Shown piece by piece: positions 25,203 to 34,878 of a stretch of DNA of 64,000 nucleotides. The DNA is taken from IMG/VR virus record IMGVR_UViG_3300009104_000002, positions 32,001-96,000 of that record. The stretch is one strand, 5' to 3'. Under the pieces are notes generated by a model, which was not told the origin of the DNA, did no database searches, and worked only from the letters and a program-made list of their open reading frames with translations. Position 1 is the stretch's first letter, and the number at the start of each line of letters is the position of its first letter. A program made the translations under genes and the position numbers. Source of the stretch: a virus.

Positions 25203-26116
25203 TCTTCTTTCTCCAAAGTGTTTAAGTGATTTTCAATTCTTTGCTTGCTTTTGTTAAAAAAATCCTCATCTAATTCACATCCAATAAACTTTCTACTGGT
25301 ATGTATGGCCGCAATGGCCGTTGTGGCCGAGCCGGCAAATGGATCCAAAACCAAATCCCCCTCTTTTGAATGCTTCAAAATTAAGTCCTTGAACAGTGGG
25401 AGGCTTTTTTGTGTGGGATGGAACCTTTCTTTGCCTCCCTGCACAGGATGAAAATGTATTCCATTATCAATGTATATTCCATTATCGTATTTGCTATTGA
25501 ATGTTGGCTTAGACTTTTTGATACCAAGCAACGCTATCTCTCGACAGTTGGTTAGATAATTTACTTTACTATTGATCGGTTGCGGATTTGTTTTAATCCA
25601 CTCAATAAACCTAATCTGTTTAAATTTTGCACCCTCCAATAATTCTTTTAAGTTTGTAATCTTCCACAAATCAAAAAAGATAATGCAAGTGCCTCCAGGC
25701 TTGAGGATTCTGTAAAAGTGATTAATGAATAGCTCAAGTTGTTCCAGTGTAAATTCGGAATCCCACTTGCCATAATTGGTTGTAACGGCATATTTCTTTC
25801 CGTAGATGCTGCCATACTTTAAGAAGTCGGCCTTCATCTTGGCTAGCTTCTTCTCTCGACTCGCCGGCTTAATTTTAGAATTTTCAAACCATAAATCCCA
25901 TTGTTCTTTTGTTTTATAAGCTCCCCACTCCTCTTCCGTCTTAATATTCGTGGAGTCGGACGCATCTTGTTTCTCAACATGACCCACCCACTTATCCATT
26001 CCAGTCTTTCTGGACGTGATGTAGGGTGGGTCAGTTAGGATGAGGTCAATGGAATTATCGGGAATGTCCGATAGAAATTGTAGACCTTCTTGGTGGAGTA
26101 GTATGGCTGAACTCAT
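25199..26116 (-). CDS. DNA N6-adenine/N4-cytosine methyltransferase (beta class)
   Basis: TDPPY motif IV, HPTQK, DPFAGS motif I; start set at the TAATG overlap. Confidence 0.9.
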   Translation of the reverse strand: MSSAILLHQEGLQFLSDIPDNSIDLILTDPPYITSRKTGMDKWVGHVEKQDASDSTNIKTEEEWGAYKTKEQWDLWFENSKIKPASREKKLAKMKADFLKYGSIYGKKYAVTTNYGKWDSEFTLEQLELFINHFYRILKPGGTCIIFFDLWKITNLKELLEGAKFKQIRFIEWIKTNPQPINSKVNYLTNCREIALLGIKKSKPTFNSKYDNGIYIDNGIHFHPVQGGKERFHPTQKSLPLFKDLILKHSKEGDLVLDPFAGSATTAIAAIHTSRKFIGCELDEDFFNKSKQRIENHLNTLEKEE

Positions 26117-27207
26117 TATAGGGTATTTCTCGAAACCCAAGTACCTTTTAAGATATGAACTGAAGTCTCTTTGAGGGTTTGTGGCATCCAGAAAATCTCA
26201 TCGAAAGCATTGAAAATATTTTTATTCCACTTTTTGGCCTTCTTTTCGATGGTTATTCGCGAAGCAGCCACAGTAGCCGTTGTCGAATCATTGAGTACTC
26301 CGACAACAATCATATGATCGATGTTTTTATTGTGTCTCAAAAGAGATGCATTGGTTGGAAGGGCGCCACCCATTTCAGACTTCTGGCTTGCAAAATATAT
26401 TCCATATACTACATTGTTTATTTTTACCACCGAACCGGAAAGCTTTGAATCCAAATCCGACTCTTTAATACCATAGGGGTTGTGGGCGCAGAAATATTCT
26501 GCTATCTTTGCTTTACTATAGTTGGCAAAACTCAATCCAACATTGGGATTACCATTTTGAATAAGCTTATTCCAAACTCCTTTGAATTTACGGCCGCCCC
26601 AAAAAGGCGTATTGCTTTTCATAAATGCTCTAGCTCGATCGTATTTATCTTTATCACTCAGGCTCTGGAATGAGGTTGGGTAGCCAATATCGAGACCCCC
26701 TTGAGATATATATTCCCTCAACATGTTGACCATTTCGTCTTTTGTAGCCGGGGATGAAGGCAGCTTATCGCCATTTTCCCTCATCTTAAGTGCTGTGCGC
26801 TCGGCTGGACTGCCCGTGAAAACCCAAGCCCAAATACCCGGCTCTCCAGTAATTGGGTGGTTAGCAATTGCTAGGCCTTTTGCGTAAGCATCATTAGCGG
26901 CCCACTCCCTATGGCATCCGAACACAATATCGAATTTACCTGTTGCTGGGTTCCACTCCAAACAGATGGGTTCTATTTGTCCTTTCGGGTCAGATATAAA
27001 AGATTCAAGAATTTGAGTTACCTTAGTTGACAGTGTGCCGCCGGAGCGCGCCGGATTGTGTGAGAAACTCTCAATATCACTTAGAGGAACAAAATAGCAC
27101 GTCTTTATTCCATCAACTGGGCACTCCATACGTTGATTTTTATAGTTTTGTAAATTACAGCTTCTTTGCGCGCTGCTTTTCAAATTAACAACTTTCCCAT
27201 AATTCAT
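26116..27207 (-). CDS. ParB/Srx-like N-terminal domain protein
   Basis: VPLSDI..NPAR...GQIEPI...FDIVFGCHREWA aligns with the ParB GxxRxxA box. Confidence 0.7.
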   Translation of the reverse strand: MNYGKVVNLKSSAQRSCNLQNYKNQRMECPVDGIKTCYFVPLSDIESFSHNPARSGGTLSTKVTQILESFISDPKGQIEPICLEWNPATGKFDIVFGCHREWAANDAYAKGLAIANHPITGEPGIWAWVFTGSPAERTALKMRENGDKLPSSPATKDEMVNMLREYISQGGLDIGYPTSFQSLSDKDKYDRARAFMKSNTPFWGGRKFKGVWNKLIQNGNPNVGLSFANYSKAKIAEYFCAHNPYGIKESDLDSKLSGSVVKINNVVYGIYFASQKSEMGGALPTNASLLRHNKNIDHMIVVGVLNDSTTATVAASRITIEKKAKKWNKNIFNAFDEIFWMPQTLKETSVHILKGTWVSRNTL

Positions 27208-27208
27208 C

Positions 27209-27703
27209 TTAAATTACCTTTGTTCCATATTTTTTAATCTCTGTCCAAGTAATGTTCGCACTTAAACGAGGATCCTTCTTCTGGAGAACGGTATCAAACT
27301 TTTTACGAAGTTTCGGTTTTAATAGTTTAAAGACTGTCTTTCCGCTCATTTTCCAACTCTCCACAAGCTTTCCCTTGTTGAAGCGATTGTAGTAATGCTC
27401 TGGGTACTTGGCGATTTTTTCTTTTTCCAGGTATGCTTCCTGCTCTTTCCAGGTTGGCTGAACAGAAATACCAGTATAGGCTCCCTTGGGGTTCTTGCTG
27501 GTTGTAGATTTGTATTCTACTGGCTCTCCCTTTTGGTTAAATGCATCTGCACCCGAAAAGGTTTGAGCCACAGTGTGACCAAGAACTATCGCAGCATTGA
27601 TCTCCTTTGAGCGAGCATAGCTGAATGGATCACCCCATCCTTGCTCTTCGCAAAGTTGGGCTATATTTTCATAAAGGTTTTGATATTTTTGTTCTGGTGT
27701 CAT
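27209..27703 (-). CDS. PD-(D/E)xK restriction-endonuclease-like protein
   Basis: SKE...GADA...VEYKS catalytic arrangement. Confidence 0.65.
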   Translation of the reverse strand: MTPEQKYQNLYENIAQLCEEQGWGDPFSYARSKEINAAIVLGHTVAQTFSGADAFNQKGEPVEYKSTTSKNPKGAYTGISVQPTWKEQEAYLEKEKIAKYPEHYYNRFNKGKLVESWKMSGKTVFKLLKPKLRKKFDTVLQKKDPRLSANITWTEIKKYGTKVI

Positions 27704-28014
27704 TACACCTTTCCTGCCACTTTTGCAAGTGATTCATAAACTTGTGTAAATTCATCGAAGTCAAAGTCTTTTGTGCTCATCATTCGATAAGCCTTGACAG
27801 TCATAGAGATCTCATCTCCAGTCAGCCAGCCCTGCTCTTTAAAGTCTTTCTTGAGTTCACGCTTTTGCTCCTTGAATGGCTCCATAGAATCCTCAAGGGC
27901 CTTGAGGCTGCGAACATATTCAATCATCTTTTGCTCTTTTGTGCTAACGTTTTCATCCTCCACTTCTGCGTGAATTTCAACTACATTTTCAAAAATTTCT
28001 AAACCACTCATCAT
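27703..28014 (-). CDS. GapR/DsbA-like small DNA-binding protein
   Basis: YVRSLKALEDSMEPFKEQKRELKKDFKEQG helical pattern. Confidence 0.55.
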   Translation of the reverse strand: MMSGLEIFENVVEIHAEVEDENVSTKEQKMIEYVRSLKALEDSMEPFKEQKRELKKDFKEQGWLTGDEISMTVKAYRMMSTKDFDFDEFTQVYESLAKVAGKV

Positions 28015-28046
28015 AATCGGTGTTCTCCTGTTTTGTTTCTAATACT

Positions 28047-28075
28047 AATATAACATATAATTTTACTTCTGTCAA
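28047..28075 (-). promoter_or_regulatory. sigma70-type promoter (class B)
   Basis: TTGACA-17bp-TGT-TATATT. Confidence 0.75.
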
Positions 28076-28317
28076 GGATTTATTTTATTTTTTATTATTA
28101 TCCAACAACCAAAATTATTGTAATTTTCTGGAAAATATCCCAATTCATATTTTTCTGCGATCTCTTTTGTTTTTTCTATGAAAGTTTCCGAATACCCTGT
28201 TATTATTTTTACCGGCAATCTTTGAAAATTATCTGTTATAAATTTCTCTATTATAAAATCAGCGGCCTCGTGACTCTCCCCATGCAAGTCGAGTATTAGC
28301 CAACGAGGATCGCTCAT
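28072..28317 (-). CDS. Stand-alone Smr-domain protein
   Basis: LDLHG...IITG. Confidence 0.7.
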   Translation of the reverse strand: MSDPRWLILDLHGESHEAADFIIEKFITDNFQRLPVKIITGYSETFIEKTKEIAEKYELGYFPENYNNFGCWIIIKNKINP

Positions 28318-29321
28318 TAAATTGTCTCTGGACTTGAAGAGAAAACTACGTCAATTGCCCCCAAATAATCCGTTATATATGCGCAGAATTGTTCCTTATT
28401 TTGAAAGGCAAACAAATTGTTGTTTGTTCTGCCTCCGACATACAACGACCATGCCTCCACTTTTTCTAAAATATCAATCTTGTTTATTATTAAATGTGTC
28501 ACCCCGTTTACATCAATTGCTTTTTGCAAACCAGGAAGACTCAACCAGTTGCATTGTCTTGGGCGCCCAGTCGTTGCGCCGAACTCCTGCCCCACTTCCT
28601 GCAAAATATGAAACACATCCTCATCTGGTTGGAAATCTTTTGACCCCACATATGTTTCGTATGCTTTTGCTACCCCGTAAACATTCCTCACGGACTTTGG
28701 CGCGAAACCATTAAGAAGTGCGCCGGCAGTAGTACAGTGACTGCTGGTGACATAAGGGTAATCACCCCAATCAATATCCAAATTAAAACCCTGTGCGCCC
28801 TCACAAAGAACAGTGGCATCCGGAGAGCGTAAATAAAACTCCTCGTACATATCAATTAAGTAATCATGCAACACTGGAAAGTCTGCGGCGCGCGTGCCTA
28901 TTCTGGCATACTTGTCTCCATAACACGGGCCGTTACCCGTCCTTGTTGTACCAATACGCTCTTCTCCGCTATCTGCTGCGGTGTGCTTTTCTTTAATCAT
29001 ATGGGCGTTTTTTGCAATAAAGATTTTGTCGGCAACATCGATACCACCCTCCCTGAGCATTTTGATCTCTGCAAAGAACTTATGAATATCCACCACACAT
29101 CCAGGGCCGATAATGCTTTTAATCCCGAAAAATACGCCGGCCGGTATGTGGTGTGTGACAAACTTTTCGCCCTTATGATATATGGTGTGCCCCGCATTGC
29201 AACCACCATTATATCTGACACAGTGTGTATATTTTCCGTTTTTTAAAAGGTGGTGAGTTACTTTCCCTTTCCCCTCATCACCGTGTTGAACGCCAACAAC
29301 AACATCAACCGTTAAAGACAT
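28317..29321 (-). CDS. purA: Adenylosuccinate synthetase
   Basis: GDEGKGK, GGCNAGHT, GTTRTGNGP, EGAQG, YPYVTSS, GATTGRPR, NKID. Confidence 0.95.
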   Translation of the reverse strand: MSLTVDVVVGVQHGDEGKGKVTHHLLKNGKYTHCVRYNGGCNAGHTIYHKGEKFVTHHIPAGVFFGIKSIIGPGCVVDIHKFFAEIKMLREGGIDVADKIFIAKNAHMIKEKHTAADSGEERIGTTRTGNGPCYGDKYARIGTRAADFPVLHDYLIDMYEEFYLRSPDATVLCEGAQGFNLDIDWGDYPYVTSSHCTTAGALLNGFAPKSVRNVYGVAKAYETYVGSKDFQPDEDVFHILQEVGQEFGATTGRPRQCNWLSLPGLQKAIDVNGVTHLIINKIDILEKVEAWSLYVGGRTNNNLFAFQNKEQFCAYITDYLGAIDVVFSSSPETI

Positions 29322-29343
29322 CTCTTCTCCTATTTACTTTATT

Positions 29344-29372
29344 AGTATAGCAGCTTTTCTTTTCCGTGTCAA
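29344..29372 (-). promoter_or_regulatory. sigma70-type promoter (class B)
   Basis: TTGACA-17bp-TGC-TATACT. Confidence 0.75.
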
Positions 29373-32300
29373 GCTAAAATTCTAAAATTTCTTCGAAGGC
29401 TTCGAGTTGAGAAGCCCCATTTCTCATTATGCTCTAGCTTTGCCATATATGGCTTGTTAACGTGGATGCGATCATAGTCCTTCACACCCCAAACGCGGAT
29501 GCGAGTCAGAGTGTTGGTATCATCGATAACCTCAATAACCCAATATGTCTTACCGTTCTTCGTCTTCTTGGGAACAACCTTGCGCGGAATGAACCAAACA
29601 ACTTCACAAACCTCCGGATCGTATTTGGCAATGGGCGGAATAAATGCAGCGTTTAGCTGCTCATAAATCTCCGGTTTCATCACTCGGTTGAATGGGAACA
29701 CCCCAGTTAATTCAACAAGATATCCAATCTTCTCTTCGTCCGAGAAGTCACCTTCTGGTGCAAAGCTTTCAATGTTCTCTAAGAGATTCTTTTCTTTTCT
29801 CGGCCGATCAACACATATCGCAGACCAGAAGTGTTTGCCACCCGTGAAGCGATCGTCAATGAGTCCATTCAACGTTCCAGAGCGACACAGAACATCAAGA
29901 CTCTTCTTGTTGAGTTTCGAATAGGTTATATTCTCATTGAATAGAAAGTCCTCAACCTTATTAAATGGTCGGTTGGCTAAGATCTGATCGATCGCTGCGT
30001 CACCCAGTCCCTTGATTGAGGACAAGGGTTGGATCAAGGTTGTTCCATCCTCGGAAATCTCCCAGACGCGACCAGATGAGTTGACGTCCAAGCTCTTGAT
30101 TCCCATACCGAAAGACTTGGCCACATTGATAGCCTTCTCTTTGCGAGTCTCTGGTTCCTTGTCCAAGAACGCCGCGAGCCACTCGACCTGATAGTAATTC
30201 AGTAGCCAAGCACATTGGAAAGAGATGATGCAATATGAAACTGCGTGAGACTTATTGAAACCATAGCCAGAGAAGTATTCGAACTTCTCCCACAGCCTTT
30301 CGCCGGTGCGTTGCTGCAAGCCCTTCTCGGTGCAACCTTCAATAAACTTCTTGCGAAGTGTGTTCTTCACCTTCGCCTCCTTACCTGTTCCCTTCTTGGT
30401 CAAGACCTTGCGAAGCGCATTGCCCTCATCAAGAGAAATGTCCTTGCCAAGTCGGTGAGCCAATTCAGCAATTTGCTCCTGGAAGATGAGGAAGCCGAAG
30501 GTCTCCTCGGTCACTGAGCGGTGCTCGTCATTCATGAATGTGAGTCGTTGTGGATTCTGTTTGGCATCAACATAGTCGTTGTGGACGTTGGCGCCCAGAG
30601 GTCCGGGTCGATAGATGGAAGTGATAGCAGCGAGGTCAATCAGGTTTGTCGGCTTTGCAAGTCGGCAGAAGTTCTGCGCGCCAGCCTCTGTGAACTGAAA
30701 GACTCCAGCCCATTTACCTTTGTGAAAGATATTCTCATAAACTTTCTGGTCACTGAAATCCATCACGTCTGGGTGGAGATTCTTATCGTAGAAAGCTTTG
30801 ATATCCTCGAAGGTTGGGTTCTCGATGTTGTGATGACGGCGAAGGATATGGTAGATCGCGCCCTCGATCATTTTAAGAGTAGACAATCCAAGGACGTCAA
30901 ACTTAATAAATCCCATTGGCTCAAGGTGGCGGACATTCTGTCCCTCGGACCACGGAGTCTGGCGAACGCCGCCAGAGTTAATGAGGGGCATCCTGCTATT
31001 CAAATCTTCGCCGACAACGACGCCGCCAGCATGGCGGGAGCAAGAGCGAACCTGACCATACAGCGCCTCAACATGAGTCTTGACGTGCGGATAGCGAGCC
31101 AAGAACCTCTTCAATGTATCACTGAACTCCATTACCTCATCGAAGGTGGGAGCATAGATCCCCGACTTAATACCATGCTTAAGCTTGGCTGGACCCATTG
31201 CTTCATAGAGCATCACCGAAGTAACATCGTTGACCTCTCGAAACTCAATACCGTAGAACTTTGAAATATCCTTGATGAGACTTTTAAGTTGGAGTGTGTT
31301 CCAATTTGAAATGGGTGCAACCTTATCTGCTCCCCAGTCTTTGATAAGCATCTCCTTCAAGCCCATACTATCCGACACATCATAGTCAATGTCTGGGTAG
31401 TCGGTTGCGTCGGCGCGCATGAAGCGGGAGAACTGAAGGCCGTACTTAAGAGGATCAACCTGCGTAATATTCAAAGCATAGGCTACGAGCGAACCCGCAG
31501 CAGAACCACGGCCCGGTCCTGCCAGCATTACTTCATTGGCCTTCTGGCTAATCTGGTTCATAGTCAAGAAGTATTTGGAGAAGCCTCGGTCTGAAATAAC
31601 CCCAAGCTCCATTCGCAATCGCTCGGTGTACTCCTCATTCGTATGTAAACCAAGGCGCCGTAAGCCTTCTATGCAAAACTTCTCCAACGCTGAGTCTGCT
31701 GTCTCTCCAGCGGGAATAACAAAGTCGGGGAGTCGAACAGTATTATCCGGTAGAAAGTCAGCGATCCTTTTGTGGGCGATCGTATGTGTTCTTATGATGG
31801 ATCCCAGAACCAAGGCGTCGTCGTACTCGACGCCACATGATTCAGAGTATTTCTTATATGCTTCCCACATCTGATTCCCATTGCGAGGGTATAGTTCATA
31901 GCCAATCTCTTCTACGCCCTCGGGAAGCTCAGCGCTTTCGTATCCGGGGCGAGGCTTGCCCAGCCACCCCAACTTCTTATAGAGTTCTCGGTCCTTCCAA
32001 GCATCTGGGTGGGGATAATGTGAGTCTGATGTTGAAATAAGCTCAATACCAAACTCCTCGTGCATTTTGATGATGTACTTATTAAGCTCATGCTGCTCGG
32101 GAATATTGTTCCATTGAAGCTCTCCGTACCAGCGATCGCCGAAGATGTCAACCATCTGTTTCGTAGTCTCACGCATAGCGTTGAGGACCGCTGATTCACC
32201 CTCCTCGCGGTTTTCCCAGTAATTACCGGCGTAGACCCCACCGAGACAAGCGGAAGCGCCTATGACGCCCTTAGAATACTTTTTTAGTGTTTTATAATCA

Positions 32301-32788
32301 ACGCGTGGATAGCGATAATAGTTGTTCGGACCAAAGGATTCAGAGATCATCGCGAAGAGATTGTTCAATCCCTCTTGGTCTTGCGCCAGCAAAATGAGGT
32401 GGCGTCGGCGATTTAAGATATTGCGAACCTGCTTCTTGGACGCGTCTTCGTCTTCAACGGTGGTTGCAGTCACATCTTTACTTAATGTCTTGCGCTTCTT
32501 CTTATCTTCTTTGGCTGCCTCGTAGTCATTGCGCCAGTCATCGAGGGAGGGGAGGAAGTATGCCTCAATACCGAAGATGGGCTTGAAATTCTTCCCCTCC
32601 TCCCTCATTTTCTTGGCGTGCATAACCTGATGAGGCAAGCCATTCATATTTCCGTGGTCGGTCAGGGCAAGGGCGTCCATACCATTCTCAAAGGCAAAGT
32701 CCATATGTTCTTGTGGGTATCCAAGAGCATCGAAAATGCTTCCAGCAACCGAGTGAGCGTGTAATCCGACGAACGGAATTTTATTCAT
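29369..32788 (-). CDS. dnaE: DNA polymerase III alpha subunit (family C)
   Basis: PHP domain (LHAHS, TDHG, DSHY), GRGSAAGS, PDIDYD, HAGG, KFDVLGL, FQF, RPGP, YGFNKSHA. Confidence 0.97.
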   Translation of the reverse strand: MNKIPFVGLHAHSVAGSIFDALGYPQEHMDFAFENGMDALALTDHGNMNGLPHQVMHAKKMREEGKNFKPIFGIEAYFLPSLDDWRNDYEAAKEDKKKRKTLSKDVTATTVEDEDASKKQVRNILNRRRHLILLAQDQEGLNNLFAMISESFGPNNYYRYPRVDYKTLKKYSKGVIGASACLGGVYAGNYWENREEGESAVLNAMRETTKQMVDIFGDRWYGELQWNNIPEQHELNKYIIKMHEEFGIELISTSDSHYPHPDAWKDRELYKKLGWLGKPRPGYESAELPEGVEEIGYELYPRNGNQMWEAYKKYSESCGVEYDDALVLGSIIRTHTIAHKRIADFLPDNTVRLPDFVIPAGETADSALEKFCIEGLRRLGLHTNEEYTERLRMELGVISDRGFSKYFLTMNQISQKANEVMLAGPGRGSAAGSLVAYALNITQVDPLKYGLQFSRFMRADATDYPDIDYDVSDSMGLKEMLIKDWGADKVAPISNWNTLQLKSLIKDISKFYGIEFREVNDVTSVMLYEAMGPAKLKHGIKSGIYAPTFDEVMEFSDTLKRFLARYPHVKTHVEALYGQVRSCSRHAGGVVVGEDLNSRMPLINSGGVRQTPWSEGQNVRHLEPMGFIKFDVLGLSTLKMIEGAIYHILRRHHNIENPTFEDIKAFYDKNLHPDVMDFSDQKVYENIFHKGKWAGVFQFTEAGAQNFCRLAKPTNLIDLAAITSIYRPGPLGANVHNDYVDAKQNPQRLTFMNDEHRSVTEETFGFLIFQEQIAELAHRLGKDISLDEGNALRKVLTKKGTGKEAKVKNTLRKKFIEGCTEKGLQQRTGERLWEKFEYFSGYGFNKSHAVSYCIISFQCAWLLNYYQVEWLAAFLDKEPETRKEKAINVAKSFGMGIKSLDVNSSGRVWEISEDGTTLIQPLSSIKGLGDAAIDQILANRPFNKVEDFLFNENITYSKLNKKSLDVLCRSGTLNGLIDDRFTGGKHFWSAICVDRPRKEKNLLENIESFAPEGDFSDEEKIGYLVELTGVFPFNRVMKPEIYEQLNAAFIPPIAKYDPEVCEVVWFIPRKVVPKKTKNGKTYWVIEVIDDTNTLTRIRVWGVKDYDRIHVNKPYMAKLEHNEKWGFSTRSLRRNFRILA

Positions 32789-33512
32789 GTGTGTTCTCCA
32801 ACCTTTCTTTACTTATTATAACATATTCTGGGTCTTTGTCAATACCAATATAGTTTCTTTTTAATCTTTTCGCGGCCACTGCGGTTGTGCCGCTCCCAAT
32901 ACAACTATCAAGCACCAATTCTCCAGGATTTGTGTATGTTTCAATCATATATTCAAAAAGAGCCAAAGGCTTCTGTGTGGAGTGGCGCGTTTTACCTTCG
33001 CTCTCAGCAGTCTTGAAATATTGAACTGATCTAGGATAGCGCTGTCCGTCACTTTTTACTAACACAGATTTTTGTTTTCCATAAACCTCGGTAGGTCTGT
33101 GAGCCTTTCCCTTATTGTATGGGGTGCTCTCCCAGAACTGAGGATTATAAGTAGGTGGCTTCTTATAAAAGATGCAAACTTCTTCGTGTGCTTTCAGGGG
33201 CATCCGCTTGGCATTCAGGTATCCTGTGGCCTTAGACTTCTCCCACACCCAATTATACCGGTAGTGTTTCAAATTTGAGCAAATGAGGACACTCGTAAAT
33301 GGCTGCGAAGCTGTTAGGACAATGGCTGCGCTGGGCTTTGTTACTCTCAAATATTGTTCCCACAACTCGTCGAGTGGGAGCGGGGTGTCCCACCTACAAT
33401 TAGTTGTCCCATAGGGAAGATCACATAGGATCATATCCACCGAAGCATCTGGAATCTTTTTCATTTCTTCTATGGCATCGCCACAAATAATATTATTTAT
33501 TAAGCTCTTCAT
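32781..33512 (-). CDS. DNA N6-adenine/N4-cytosine methyltransferase (second)
   Basis: DLPYG, HSTQKP, DSCIGSGTT. Confidence 0.9.
   Translation of the reverse strand: MKSLINNIICGDAIEEMKKIPDASVDMILCDLPYGTTNCRWDTPLPLDELWEQYLRVTKPSAAIVLTASQPFTSVLICSNLKHYRYNWVWEKSKATGYLNAKRMPLKAHEEVCIFYKKPPTYNPQFWESTPYNKGKAHRPTEVYGKQKSVLVKSDGQRYPRSVQYFKTAESEGKTRHSTQKPLALFEYMIETYTNPGELVLDSCIGSGTTAVAAKRLKRNYIGIDKDPEYVIISKERLENTHE
32815..32842 (-). promoter_or_regulatory. Promoter for dnaE embedded in the MTase 3' end
   Basis: TTGACA-16bp-TGT-TATAAT. Confidence 0.55.
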
Positions 33513-33717
33513 TTGCTCTACTCGTTACCTCAAAGGAATAAAAGGCGTCATCATAGGTTCTATTTTGTCCATTAACAGAGATTATGTACATCCTTCTGCC
33601 AAAGGTATTGGGGATATCGTAATCTTCCAAAATAATGCCGCTGCCACATATTCTAACTCCGGGGTTGGTCCGGTCGCAGTCGGTGTCATATATCAAAACG
33701 TAATCGCCCCTTGTCAT
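33493..33717 (-). CDS. Small SH3-like hypothetical protein
   Basis: RGDYVLI...GIILE. Confidence 0.6.
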   Translation of the reverse strand: MTRGDYVLIYDTDCDRTNPGVRICGSGIILEDYDIPNTFGRRMYIISVNGQNRTYDDAFYSFEVTSRANEELNK

Positions 33718-34013
33718 TATATTTTGTCCATGAATAGATCCACCTCTTTTATGATCCTTGCTCTATCTTCTGGATTAAGCTTCATCTTAAAAATATTGCT
33801 CCGGAGGATTCCGGCGCATACTCGGATTGTTGATAGCTTATTTTCTGCCGAACCCTCGTTGTATTTGGCAAGAACATCTTGCATCTCTTTATTTGTTTTT
33901 TGCGTTTCAAGGTGGTCGTTCTCAATCAACAATTGCATATTTTCAATATGAAGCAAAAGATTCTTCTTTGTCATTTTATTCAATTGTGATTTAGTCTTAT
34001 TTTTCATCATCAA
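33717..34013 (-). CDS. Hypothetical protein
   Basis: 98-aa helical ORF. Confidence 0.6.
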   Translation of the reverse strand: MMMKNKTKSQLNKMTKKNLLLHIENMQLLIENDHLETQKTNKEMQDVLAKYNEGSAENKLSTIRVCAGILRSNIFKMKLNPEDRARIIKEVDLFMDKI

Positions 34014-34878
34014 CTCCTATTTCATTCCATTCGTGATATTTCATAAATATTGGGTGAGGTCTCTGAACCAACTTCCTCTCCTCTGACCCTAAATAATTGC
34101 AATAGCCATCCCATGAATCTATGTTGTGATACCAAGGGACTTCAACTTTATTCTCTTTATATATTATAACAGGTTCAAAGATTTTGTCAAGTAAAAAATG
34201 TCGTGCAGAGTATCTTTTTTCTTTTGGTAGTTTCTCTCTGGGGAATATTCCGTCTTCTAAGACCTCGGAATTGTATTGCCCGGTGCCCTCGCGGATCTTT
34301 CTGCGGCAAGCGACGAAATCATCACGGTCGAAGGTGAAGGAGAGGTATTCATTATCTTTAACTGTCTTTCCTTTGTGGCTCAGCATAAAAGGTCTTTCGC
34401 TTGAAATATCTTTTCTGTGTGGTCGCAGGATCTCTGGATCATAAACGCCGTAGGGGAAGGCAACATAATATTTTCTTGGGACGACCCACTTACTTAACTT
34501 AACTGAAACTCTGAAAGCGGTGGTTGCTCCCCAAATTACGCTCCAAGACAGACAGTCGCGCTTGCCAACGTCCTTAGCGTGAACTGGAACATAGTAAATT
34601 GGTATTTGCTTTCTTGTCTGCGACGGATAGGGGTCGTGTCTTCTTCCGATCCAGACTGGATCCTGGACCCACTCGCCCAATCTGTGTCGAATGAGTGGAG
34701 TCATATCGTCGTTACAAACAATCCAGATTGTTTCGCAGCCAGCCCAAGCACACTCAAAGACTGCTCGCTCAACTGCGAGATAGTCTGGCGCGATTGGCAT
34801 AAGCGAATCGTGCCAGTCCATTTTAAAATCAAGTGGCTGTCCCGCTACGGGAACTATACCTGCAAGGTGATAACTCAA
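33997..34878 (-). CDS. Degenerate sugar-nucleotidyltransferase (NTP_transferase)-like protein
   Basis: AGIVPVAG...LMPI...ERAV.EC..AG...IWIV; lacks GxGxR. Confidence 0.65.
   Translation of the reverse strand: MSYHLAGIVPVAGQPLDFKMDWHDSLMPIAPDYLAVERAVFECAWAGCETIWIVCNDDMTPLIRHRLGEWVQDPVWIGRRHDPYPSQTRKQIPIYYVPVHAKDVGKRDCLSWSVIWGATTAFRVSVKLSKWVVPRKYYVAFPYGVYDPEILRPHRKDISSERPFMLSHKGKTVKDNEYLSFTFDRDDFVACRRKIREGTGQYNSEVLEDGIFPREKLPKEKRYSARHFLLDKIFEPVIIYKENKVEVPWYHNIDSWDGYCNYLGSEERKLVQRPHPIFMKYHEWNEIGVDDEK

Noticed and set aside
28317-29321. PurZ (2-aminoadenine, Z-genome) pathway
   Set aside because: The enzyme keeps the PurA catalytic Asp in GDEGKGK, whereas PurZ has Ser at this position. No other Z-pathway gene is recognisable.
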